From assembly GCA_963836755.1 (NCBI GenBank), contig CAWIKF010000002.1, positions 1,440,001-1,504,000 of the forward strand: a stretch of DNA of 64,000 bases. The letters are read 5' to 3'. Of the stretch, positions 55,142-64,000 are shown piece after piece. The notes beneath the pieces are model-generated. The model saw nothing but the letters and a program-made list of their open reading frames with translations. It had not been told where the DNA came from and made no database searches. The DNA comes from an uncultured Verrucomicrobiae bacterium. GTDB taxonomy: Bacteria > Verrucomicrobiota > Verrucomicrobiia > Chthoniobacterales > Chthoniobacteraceae. Position numbers and translations under genes: made by a program. How positions within the stretch are numbered: position 1 is the stretch's first letter; each line of letters starts with the position of its first letter.

Positions 55142-56917
55142 ATGCGCTCCCGACTTCGCTCCACCTTGGCCGTGGCGATGGTGATCGCCATGTCTTTCGA
55201 AAGCGTTTCCATCTACGCCCGCGGCGGTGGCGGTGGGGGTGGACGAGGCGGCGGTGGTGGGGGTGGAAGAAGTGGCGGCGGCGGTGGCTCCCGAAGCAGT
55301 AGCAGTGGTGGTGGCAGTTTCTCCCGATCTTCCGGTGGCGGAAGTTCACGTCCCTCGGGTGGATCACGGCCTTCGAGCGGTAGCAGCTATTCGCGGCCAT
55401 CGGGTGGCAGTAGCCGCCCGTCAGGAAGTGGCAGCGGGTCCGATGTTTCGAGGCCGTCACAGTTGCCCTCGAATGGAGGATCACGTCCGACTTCCGGTAG
55501 CGGCGGTCGCGTGCCTTCTTCGCCATCGCAGCGTCCAGCGGCTGGCAACCGACCCACCGGTGGCAACAGCGCCGCCCAATTGCCTTCCGGCACTCGTCCC
55601 GGTTCCGCGGGCGCGAACCTGCCTTCGCAACAGCCGTCGCGTCCCGGCAGTGGAACTGCTTCTACTCGTCCCGGCTCGGCAAATCGGCCTTCACAGCTAC
55701 CGGCTACCGGTGCGGGCGTCGCGAATCGCCCCAGCGGAGCAAAACCAGGTCAACGGCCGAGTCAGGGCGACGTGGGTGATTTTCTCGGCGTCGCGGGTGG
55801 CGTCGCCGGCGGAGCAGCGCTCGGCGGTGCGCTGGGAAATCGGCCGACGCAACTCCCGGCGGAGCGTCCAGGCGTTGGCGATCGTCCCCGCGCCGAGCAG
55901 CTTCCCGCGCGTCCGGAGCAACGTCCCGATTGGGCCGAGCGCTCACAAGGGCGTAACGAGCAGTGGAACGAGCGCGTGGATGACCGCAACGAGGCGTGGA
56001 ACCAGCGCTCCAAGAACCGCCAGGAGTCTCGCAACGATTTCCAAGAACACCGCAATGAGCGCTGGGAGAACCTCGAGAGCGCCCGCAACGACCGCCAGGA
56101 TTGGCGCAACGAGAACCGCGAGGACTGGCAGAACCATCGCGAGGATTTGTGGGAATACCGAGGCGATCGGGCCGACGAAATCTGGGACAACACGCGCGAC
56201 TTTTACGACAATGTCTTTGACGACCATTGGTGGGGCGCCTGTGGCTGGGGCGCCGTGGGAAATTACCCATCCAATCCATGGTGGTGGTGGGCACCCGCCG
56301 CGTTTGGCGCTGCCGCGGCGTTTGTGGACGGCATCACGCCCGATCCAATTTACATCGATTACGGCATGAACGTCGTCTACGAAGGCGACACGGTGTATGT
56401 GGATAACAAGCCGATTCCCGCCGAGCAGTATTCCCAGCCGATGATCGATCTCGCGGTGAACGTCGAGCAGCCGCCACCACCTGGACCCGCAGTCGCGGCT
56501 CCGGCCGCGGGTGTTCCTGCCGAGGAGTGGATGCCGCTCGGTGTCTTCGCGCTCGCACAGGAGGAAAAGGGCGATCCGGTGATGTTTTTCCAAATCTCGA
56601 TCAATCGCCAAGGCGTGATCAGTGGCGGTTACAACAGCATCATCGCCGAGGACGAGCGTCCCATTGCGGGGCAGATCGACAAAGCCACCCAGCGCCTCGC
56701 GTGGCGCATCGGCGACAACAAGGAGACGATCTTTGTGTCCAGCCTGGGCAACCTCACGCAGGATGTTTCGCCAGTCGCGATTCACTTTGGGAAAACACGC
56801 ACGCAGACGTGGCTGCTGGTCCGCATGCCCGAGCCCGCGCCCGCTGGGGAGCCGCAGAAACTGCCGACGCCGCCGAAGGAGCCGCCGCCTCTCAAGATCC
56901 CAGAGAAGGCGAAATAG
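55142..56917 (+). CDS. Exported Gly/Ser/Arg-rich low-complexity protein with conserved C-terminal domain
   Basis: Signal peptide + RGGGG, RPSQLP repeats, R/D/W coil, EEWMPLGVFAL...QTWLLVR. Confidence 0.8.
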   Translation: MRSRLRSTLAVAMVIAMSFESVSIYARGGGGGGGRGGGGGGGRSGGGGGSRSSSSGGGSFSRSSGGGSSRPSGGSRPSSGSSYSRPSGGSSRPSGSGSGSDVSRPSQLPSNGGSRPTSGSGGRVPSSPSQRPAAGNRPTGGNSAAQLPSGTRPGSAGANLPSQQPSRPGSGTASTRPGSANRPSQLPATGAGVANRPSGAKPGQRPSQGDVGDFLGVAGGVAGGAALGGALGNRPTQLPAERPGVGDRPRAEQLPARPEQRPDWAERSQGRNEQWNERVDDRNEAWNQRSKNRQESRNDFQEHRNERWENLESARNDRQDWRNENREDWQNHREDLWEYRGDRADEIWDNTRDFYDNVFDDHWWGACGWGAVGNYPSNPWWWWAPAAFGAAAAFVDGITPDPIYIDYGMNVVYEGDTVYVDNKPIPAEQYSQPMIDLAVNVEQPPPPGPAVAAPAAGVPAEEWMPLGVFALAQEEKGDPVMFFQISINRQGVISGGYNSIIAEDERPIAGQIDKATQRLAWRIGDNKETIFVSSLGNLTQDVSPVAIHFGKTRTQTWLLVRMPEPAPAGEPQKLPTPPKEPPPLKIPEKAK

Positions 56918-57352
56918 CTTTGACCCGCGTCGATGCGACGCTATTTGGCGCATCCGTGGGCAAGAGACGTGCCACGCCCGCCCATTTCTCAAAATCGACA
57001 CTACAACGGCTCGAATAGATTTCCCGAGGCCCTCTTGCGACACCAAAAGCTCAACCCGGATTTCATAACCGAGGACTGCAACCCCAAATCGCCAAAACGA
57101 AATCGATCTCGCCCGTGAGGACCCGACAGTTCCATCTCAAACTCAGGCACACTCCAAAACACCGCTTAATATTGCCTCCCGCCCCCGCATCGCCGTCTTA
57201 ATAGCTCAGGAAGCCGACCTCACGTATTGGCCGGAAGCGTTGCCGGCATTGGCCTATCCGTTGAGCTCCCTCGACGCCTTTTCGCTCGCCTCGGCCGCGC
57301 AAGCGCTCGCGCTACCGCTTCCCGCTCAGCAGGAAGGCGGTGTCCAACCGAC

Positions 57353-57772
57353 TCAACGGTAGTAACGACCGTGATAGTGCATTCCGCCGACATACGGCCC
57401 GTAAGCTCCATACCAACCCGTCGCCATGTCGCGCTGCATTTGGGCAGCCTGATATTGTTCTTGAGCGATCTTCCGCTGAACCGCCAGAGCTTCGTATCGC
57501 TGGTAGTTCGCCTCATCGCCGAGATAGGCGATGCCGTCCTTCTCATCCTTGTAGGCGTAGAACGTCTTCCCCTTGAAAGCGACCCGCTCCACTGTGTAAG
57601 CAGGCATGGCCCCATAGAGTTCCTTCTGCTTCGGAGTCGCGGGCACATGGCTGCGGAAGCCGGCGGCGGAAAGCATGCTCTTCGTTTCGGACGATCCCAT
57701 GCTTGCACAGCCGGCGAGCGCGAGTGCAGCGACGAGAGATAGCAGTCCGTAGTGGTGGGGTTTCATTTTCAT
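57353..57772 (-). CDS. Lipoprotein
   Basis: LAGC lipobox; MLSAAGF. Confidence 0.8.
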   Translation of the reverse strand: MKMKPHHYGLLSLVAALALAGCASMGSSETKSMLSAAGFRSHVPATPKQKELYGAMPAYTVERVAFKGKTFYAYKDEKDGIAYLGDEANYQRYEALAVQRKIAQEQYQAAQMQRDMATGWYGAYGPYVGGMHYHGRYYR

Positions 57773-57838
57773 TGTTTGGTTCTGGTTAAAGCGATCTTCG
57801 ATCAAACGTCACGATGAACCGGATGCTGGCATCCGCCT

Positions 57839-57856
57839 ATGGGACCTTCGTCCTAC
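57839..57856. promoter_or_regulatory. 18-bp palindromic box 7
   Basis: ATGGGAC-CTTC-GTCCTAC. Confidence 0.7.
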
Positions 57857-57912
57857 TCCTCACCCGAGCGACGTTGGCGCGACTTTTACCCGCAGGATTA
57901 CGCGTCGCCGTT

Positions 57913-58302
57913 TCAGCGATTCGGTGTCGCCGCGGATTCGATGACGGCGAGCAGTTCGGCGTCGTCCGCGGGCTTGGGCAAAAAGGCAAACGCTCCCGCC
58001 TTGCGTGCACTCTCGCGAGTCGACGAATCGTCGTGGCTGGTGAGAAAAATCACTTCCGTCCCCGGCGAGAGTTCGCGCAGGCGCGTTTGCACTTCGAGGC
58101 CATTCATGATCGGCATGGATATATCGATTACCGCCACTGGCGGCTTGTTTGACGCCGCGTGCTCCAGGAATGCGGGCGGATCTTCAAACGCAGCCACAGG
58201 TCGGCCGACAGACAGAAGGAGCCTCGTCAGCGCTTTCAAGACTGACGGGTCATCGTCGAGCAGCGAAACGGTGGGAAGCAATTTATCCACTAGAATAGTC
58301 AC
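57913..58302 (-). CDS. Single-domain response regulator
   Basis: LLDDD, IDISMP, FLPKP. Confidence 0.9.
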   Translation of the reverse strand: MTILVDKLLPTVSLLDDDPSVLKALTRLLLSVGRPVAAFEDPPAFLEHAASNKPPVAVIDISMPIMNGLEVQTRLRELSPGTEVIFLTSHDDSSTRESARKAGAFAFLPKPADDAELLAVIESAATPNR

Positions 58303-58308
58303 AAAACT

Positions 58309-60657
58309 TCAATCGGAGTTCGACGATCTATCAGCCTCCGGCCGCGCATGCGCAAATGAGACAGCTCCGATCGCATTGTCAGGTTTTTCCTCATGGCTTT
58401 CTGCGACCGAGGGCAACCGAAAGTCGAAATATGCACCGCCGCCTTCGGCATTGCCGGCGGTGACTTTTCCGCCATGCGCTTCGATGATGGATCGCACGAT
58501 CGACAATCCCATTCCCAGGCCGTCCTTTCTCGTGGTGTAAAAGTGCTCGAAAAGTCGGTCCTGCATTTCAGCCGAAATGCCGGTGCCATGATCCCGCACA
58601 ATCACCTGCACCGATCCGTTCCCGTCCACTCGCGTCGTGATCTCCACTTTACGCAGCGGGATCGGCGTTTCGCTCATGGCATGGAAGGCATTGACCACGA
58701 GGTTGACCAGCACCTGTTGTATCTGGGTCGGGTCCGCTTCGACAAAGGGGAGACGATCTGCCAGCGAGGTTTCCACCGTGCACGAATAAGCCGCAGCGTC
58801 AGGTCGAAGCATCAGTGCGACATCCGTGACGATTCCGCTCAGATCGATCCGTTCACGCACCGAGCTGCCTTTCTTGATGGCGTTGCGCACACTGAGAATG
58901 ATGTTGTGAGCGCGGCGGCCATCCGCTCCGACATCGGACAAAATCTCGCGCAAGGCCTCGGCTTCGGTTTCGCCGCCGTCGATGAAACGGACGCCGGCGC
59001 TCGCGTTGGTGACGATCGCCGCGAGCGGCTGATTGAGTTCGTGCGCGAGAGAGGCCGTCATTTCGCCAAGCAGACTCGCGCGACCGAGGAGATCGACTTG
59101 CTCGCGCTGCCGCCGCGCTTCTTCCTCCGCCTGCCTGCGCGCAAAAATCGCTTCCTTGCGCTCGGTAATGTCCCGCGAAATGCCGAAGAGCCGCGTCGGT
59201 TCTCCCTCGGCGTTGTTCATGCGGCGGCCTCGTCCGCTGATCCAGCGAACCGTCTTGTCCGGCAGCACGATGCGGTATTCCACTTCGTATTCGCCTTCTC
59301 CGCAAATGGCGCGATCAATCGCGGCGGCTCGCAGCGCGCGGTCCTCGGGATGCACCCGCTCTGAAATCGTCGCGAGATCGACCACCGCGTTGCCATCGAG
59401 ATCAAAAAGTTCGCGCATCTTGCCGGACACCCAAATCTCGCCCGTCGTCGCATTTAATTCCCAGACGCCCAAACGCGCCGCCTCGGCAGCGAGCGCGATG
59501 CGATCCTCGCTTTCGCGCAAAGAATTCTCCGCACGACGCCGACGCAGATGATTGGCAATGAGCGCCGCAATCAAAATTGCCTCGGCGAAAATCACCGTCA
59601 GCGTTCCGACGATCCACCCCGAATATTTCTGCCAGACGCTCGGCGAGCGGAAAAGAATCGTGCTCCCTTTCGGTAAAAGGTCTTCGTCGATCTGCCACCT
59701 CTGCAGCTCTCGCCAATCGTAGCGTGGCGGCAAAGGCCCGATGATCAACGGCGCGAAATTTGACGCCGGTTCACCGCGCAAAATGCGGACTGCGATGCGC
59801 GCCGCTTCCACGCCTTCCGTCTCCGCCTGGTAAAGTCGGCCGCCGATGATTCCCATGCCGAGCTGATGCTGGAAAAGACCGTAGATCGGGGCGTTGGCGA
59901 CCGCGTGGATTTGCCTCAGCACTTCATCGCCGTCGTGCGTCACCCCGCTCGCGTCGCGGATCATCAGCACATCGAGGATGAACGAATGCGGCGGCATTTT
60001 TCTCGTCTGCTGCAAAATGCCGTCGAGCGGCAGATCGCTGAGCCATGTAAAACTGACGCGCTTGTCAAAGAGCTGAAACTCGTTTTTTAGAATCTCGCTC
60101 CATGCGCGTTCGAGTGGAGAGTCGCCGATCACGACGGCGATGTTGTCGGTATCCGGCGCGATTTGCAGGATGTCCTGAACCCACCCGCGAACATCGAATG
60201 ATTCCCCGGCAAACGCAGCGTTGTGCTCGAGGGCACCGGGTGGCAACCGGCGTCGATCCATGCCGGCGTAAAGGATCGGCGTGCGCGGCGGAAAAATTTG
60301 ATCCCGATGCCGCGCCAGAAAGATTCCCGCGGGCGATCCAATCGGCACCACCAGGTCCGGCTGCCATTTCGCCTGACGGGCGCGCAGGAGAGTCACCAGC
60401 GCTTCTTCCATGTCGAGCGACGCATACCGCGCCACATCGAGCGAGACCTCATCCAGATCCACCGGCTCCCCGAGTTTGCTGGTCAGCTCCGTTTCAAACG
60501 CGGTCGAATGGGTGGTGAAAGGCGGCGCGGCGCTTCCGAAGGAATTGATGATGAGAACGCGCTTCGGCGTGGCCGCATTTCCCGAAACAGCCAGCAGAAA
60601 AAACCCGCAGACCAGGGCCGGGAAGACTCCCCGGCAATGTTTTCTGCGCAAAAACAT
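58309..60657 (-). CDS. Sensor histidine kinase (periplasmic binding-protein-like domain, TM, PAS, HisKA, HATPase)
   Basis: LAHELNQPL H-box, NLVVNA, DHGTG, GLGMGL. Confidence 0.93.
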   Translation of the reverse strand: MFLRRKHCRGVFPALVCGFFLLAVSGNAATPKRVLIINSFGSAAPPFTTHSTAFETELTSKLGEPVDLDEVSLDVARYASLDMEEALVTLLRARQAKWQPDLVVPIGSPAGIFLARHRDQIFPPRTPILYAGMDRRRLPPGALEHNAAFAGESFDVRGWVQDILQIAPDTDNIAVVIGDSPLERAWSEILKNEFQLFDKRVSFTWLSDLPLDGILQQTRKMPPHSFILDVLMIRDASGVTHDGDEVLRQIHAVANAPIYGLFQHQLGMGIIGGRLYQAETEGVEAARIAVRILRGEPASNFAPLIIGPLPPRYDWRELQRWQIDEDLLPKGSTILFRSPSVWQKYSGWIVGTLTVIFAEAILIAALIANHLRRRRAENSLRESEDRIALAAEAARLGVWELNATTGEIWVSGKMRELFDLDGNAVVDLATISERVHPEDRALRAAAIDRAICGEGEYEVEYRIVLPDKTVRWISGRGRRMNNAEGEPTRLFGISRDITERKEAIFARRQAEEEARRQREQVDLLGRASLLGEMTASLAHELNQPLAAIVTNASAGVRFIDGGETEAEALREILSDVGADGRRAHNIILSVRNAIKKGSSVRERIDLSGIVTDVALMLRPDAAAYSCTVETSLADRLPFVEADPTQIQQVLVNLVVNAFHAMSETPIPLRKVEITTRVDGNGSVQVIVRDHGTGISAEMQDRLFEHFYTTRKDGLGMGLSIVRSIIEAHGGKVTAGNAEGGGAYFDFRLPSVAESHEEKPDNAIGAVSFAHARPEADRSSNSD

Positions 60658-60800
60658 TGCTCCACGTCTGACTCCGCGCAGAACGCGAGTCAATGTTTCT
60701 CCGGAGGTTTCAGCGATTGTGATTACACTCCTTGTCAAAAAAGGCGCGAGCGTTCGAGCTCTCGCCCGATTAAATGGTCTGTTTACGGTTGACGAGTTAA

Positions 60801-62042
60801 TTACACGAACCGCTCCGGCTGTCCGGTCGCGGCGAGGACGGAGCGCCACCAACCGCTACCGGGGTCGAGGCGCTTCTTATGTTTGGCGAGAAGCGCGATC
60901 GGCACGTGGATGAAACGCTCGTGCAGAAATCCGATGACGACGCCGGTCTTGCCCGCCATCGCCGCGTGGACGGCGTAACGCGAGAAAAGATCGCACAGCA
61001 CCGCATCCTCGCAATTCGCGGGGCGGCTTCGGATTTGATAACTGGGATCAAAGTAGCGTAGCACGACCGGCATCCCTTCGGCTTCGAAAAACGCCTCGAT
61101 CTTCTCGCGCAAAAACGGGCCGATGTCCTGCAGCTTCACATTGCCGGACGCATCGCGCGAACCGGCATCGGCGGCGAGCAAGTCCTGACCCGCGCCTTCC
61201 GCCACGGCGATCACGGCATGCGGTTTCGTCTTCATCCGCTGCTTCAGCGCGGCGAGAAATGGGTCGAGCTTGAACGGAACTTCGGGCACGAGAGCAATGT
61301 TCACATCTTGACTCGCGACGACTGCGCCCGCGGTGACGAAGCCCGCGTGCCGGCCCATGAGTTTCACGAGTCCGATGCCGTTCCGAACGCTTCGCGCCTC
61401 GGTGTGTGCGCAGTCGAGCACGCGCGCCGCTTCCTCGATTGCAGTCATAAAACCAAACGTGCGCGAGACAAAGCCGACGTCGTTATCAATCGTCTTCGGC
61501 ACGCCGACGACCGACAGCGCGTGGCCGCGTTTGCGCGCTTCCTGGAAGAGATCATTGCCACCGCGCTGCGTTCCATCGCCGCCGACGGTGAAGAGAATAT
61601 TGACGCCACGCGCGATCAGGTTATCGACCGCGCGGCAAATATCCACCGGCCCGCGCGAAGAGCCGAGAATCGTCCCGCCTTTTTGATGAATGCCGTCGAT
61701 GAACTGCGGCGTGATGACGACCGGCTCCACGCCGCAATCCGGATCGAGTCCGCTGTAGCCGCCGCGAAATCCGAGCACCTCGGCGACGCCGTAGCCGTAA
61801 TGCAATTCGAGAAAGAGCGAGCGGATGACGTTGTTGAGCCCCGGGCATAAGCCGCCGCACGTGACGATGGCCGCGCGCGTTTGCTCGGGATTAAAAAAGA
61901 TCTTCTCGCGCGGCCCGGAGAGCTCGAATTGCAGGCCCGGATCGGCGCCGATTTCGATGTGCTCGGGGATGCGAACCTCATCGCCAATCGTATGAGATTT
62001 GCCAGAATCGAAACGAGGTTCGCCGAGAGTGGATGTTTCCAT
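60801..62042 (-). CDS. pfkA: ATP-dependent 6-phosphofructokinase
   Basis: TCGGLCPG, GGDGT, PKTIDND, MGR. Confidence 0.9.
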   Translation of the reverse strand: METSTLGEPRFDSGKSHTIGDEVRIPEHIEIGADPGLQFELSGPREKIFFNPEQTRAAIVTCGGLCPGLNNVIRSLFLELHYGYGVAEVLGFRGGYSGLDPDCGVEPVVITPQFIDGIHQKGGTILGSSRGPVDICRAVDNLIARGVNILFTVGGDGTQRGGNDLFQEARKRGHALSVVGVPKTIDNDVGFVSRTFGFMTAIEEAARVLDCAHTEARSVRNGIGLVKLMGRHAGFVTAGAVVASQDVNIALVPEVPFKLDPFLAALKQRMKTKPHAVIAVAEGAGQDLLAADAGSRDASGNVKLQDIGPFLREKIEAFFEAEGMPVVLRYFDPSYQIRSRPANCEDAVLCDLFSRYAVHAAMAGKTGVVIGFLHERFIHVPIALLAKHKKRLDPGSGWWRSVLAATGQPERFV

Positions 62043-62085
62043 GGGCAGCTGCGTGCACGGTGCCCGCTTCTGCGTCCGCGGGTCT

Positions 62086-62103
62086 ATCAGACTTAGGTCT
62101 TAT
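62086..62103. promoter_or_regulatory. 18-bp palindromic box 8
   Basis: ATCAGAC-TTAG-GTCTTAT. Confidence 0.7.
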
Positions 62104-62199
62104 TTCGGAAGCCACACGGCATAAAGTTCAGTGCTGGGATACATCGGTGGAATCCGATCCTCTTCCGTCCACCCGAGCGGCATCGTCCTCCGCAATCGC

Positions 62200-63271
62200 T
62201 CCCGGATGCGCCGCGGTGCAACTCACTACGGACGAACTTCCCAAGTCGCTAGCCATGATGTGCGCCACGCTCGAATCGACCACGGACGCGATCGTGATCA
62301 TCGACGAGCACGACCATGTGACCGGCCACGATGAAAGATTTGTAAAGCTGTGGCGGGTCCCGGCCGAAATCATGAAGTCGGGGGATGCCGCCAGGCTGCG
62401 GGAAGGAGCCGCGCCCGGCTTGCCGGCGGAATACAATGAGGTTCGGCCTTGGAGCGTGCTGCTCGACGCCGGATCTTTTCCAGTTCCCGGACACTGCTCG
62501 GAACGGTGGCGATGTATTATCCCGACTCGCACGAACCAGGTCCGCACGATCGGGAATTGACCCGAATGGCAACGCATCTTGCGGGCATCGTCATTGCGAG
62601 AGATCGGGCGAAGGAACAACCGCGCGCTGCCAAAGCCGCAGCGGAGACTCGCGCGGGGGAAATCAGTTGCCTACGATCAACAGTATCGGTTCGCTTTCTA
62701 CCTGCTCGACGTTTTCGGCCACGGCGTGAAATCCGCGCTCATGGCCGTGTCAATCCTCGACACCTTGCGCACGCACAACCTGACGCGAATTGGTTGGAAT
62801 GATCCGAGCACAGTGCTTTCCGCACTCAATGAAACCTACCTGTCGCCATGCACCGGGCGCTCGTATTTTACCATCTGGTATGGAGTTTTCGATCGTGCCA
62901 CTGGGCAGTTGCGCTATGCGGCCGGTGGACATCCGCCCGCTGTGGTCCACGGTGCGCCGCGCGGTAATCCGCGTCTGCCTGCCAGCGGGCGGCCGGTGGG
63001 TTGCTTTGCCGACGCGGAATTTCCGACCGTGGAGATGCAGCTAGATCTGCCGGCTGATTTGTATCTTTTCTCCAGTGGAGTATTCGAAACACGCCGCCAT
63101 TCGGATGGGAAAGCGCTGGACGGATTGGTTGACTTTCTTCTCGAACCTCCCCACGGCCACGGCCGATCTGTGGAAGAAATCCGCAACCACGCCTTCAAGT
63201 TCCTCCTCGGCGCGTCGCCACCGGACGATTGCTCTGTATTAAAAGTCTCCTTCGGTCCGTCCGGCGGCTAG
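62200..63271 (+). pseudogene. Fragmented PAS-GAF-PP2C (SpoIIE/RsbU-like) gene
   Basis: PAS (ATLESTTDAIVIID), GAF (LLGTVAMYY...ATHLAGIVI) and PP2C (DVFGHG...AGGHPP...DDCS) fragments in three different frames. Confidence 0.7.
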
Positions 63272-63290
63272 TCGATTTTTTTCCGACCCT

Positions 63291-64000
63291 TCAACGGAAA
63301 AGCAAAATCGCCAGCAGCTGTGCGCAGAGAATGCGCAGCAAAGTCGTGAGCGGAAAAACCGTGGCGTAGGCCACGGTCGATGCGTCTGTTTTCGAGATGT
63401 TCGCCGCGAAGGCAAGCGCGGGAGGATCGGTCATGCTGCCCGCGAGAAGGCCGCAGAGTTCGACGAAGTTCATCTTCAAAAGGACGCGGGCAAAAATCCC
63501 GACGAGCAGGATCGGCAGCATCGTCACGCACCCGCCGGCGAGCAACCATTGCACCCCGGTGGCGCTGAATACCGTTGCGAAAAATTTCGCGCCGGCACCG
63601 AGTCCGACGGCGGCAAAGAAGATGGCGATCCCGAATTCGCGGAAGGCGAGGTTCGTGTTCACCGGCATGTGCCAGACCTGCCGGCCGATGCGGCCGACGC
63701 GTCCGAGGATGAGCGCGACGATGAGCGGACCGCCGGCGAGCCCGAGCTTGATCGGCTGCGGCAGACCTGGAAACGGGATCGGCAGCGTGCCGAGCACCAC
63801 GCCGAGTCCGATGCCGATGAAGAAGGGAATGAAGTGCGTTTCGTTCAGTTCCTTCAGCGAGTTCCCAACAGCACGCGCGGCTTTGTTGAGATCCTCGTCG
63901 GTGCCGACGATCTGCATCTGGTCGCCGAATTGCAGGCGGAGGCCGGGCACAGCAGACATCTCCATGTCTGCGCGGGTGATCCGAGTGACGGCAACGCCGA
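63291..64000 (-). CDS. AspT/YidE/YbjL-family transporter (5' end outside window)
   Basis: LGLAGGPLIVAL, GSMTDPPAL, YATVFP. Confidence 0.88.
   Translation of the reverse strand, partial: GVAVTRITRADMEMSAVPGLRLQFGDQMQIVGTDEDLNKAARAVGNSLKELNETHFIPFFIGIGLGVVLGTLPIPFPGLPQPIKLGLAGGPLIVALILGRVGRIGRQVWHMPVNTNLAFREFGIAIFFAAVGLGAGAKFFATVFSATGVQWLLAGGCVTMLPILLVGIFARVLLKMNFVELCGLLAGSMTDPPALAFAANISKTDASTVAYATVFPLTTLLRILCAQLLAILLFR

Noticed and set aside
55220..55340. GGC/GGT-rich tract as a DNA repeat element
   Set aside because: Explained by poly-Gly/Ser codons of the 55142..56917 protein

Overview
The window is GC-rich bacterial DNA; an H-X9-DG prepilin-like gene and the style of the Gly-rich and FN3 proteins suggest the PVC group, possibly Verrucomicrobia (inference). 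It has three blocks. (1) 1-~28,340 is a Mu-like transposable prophage whose other end lies left of the window. It carries MuA/MuB, Gam, a ParB-like gene, a CI/Ner switch, morons, lysis genes, a terminase split into two genes, portal, MuF with a kinase-like C-terminus plus a candidate immunity gene, gpG, protease I, and a capsid-cement-like protein with a lipoprotein signal. Portal and MuF, normally adjacent, are 23 kb apart on opposite strands. (2) ~28,350-40,470 is an integron cassette array with about 18 attC-like sites and no intI in the window. It is interrupted by an antisense FN3 gene with a sigma54-type promoter and five 41-bp tandem repeats. (3) 40,555-64,000 is chromosomal: a transglutaminase/DUF2126 trio, tRNA-Val(TAC), then a ppk2/sulP/efflux/pfk/two-component cluster in which eight intergenic regions each carry the same 18-bp palindrome, probably a FixJ-type regulon. 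All product names come from motif recognition by eye, not from database searches.
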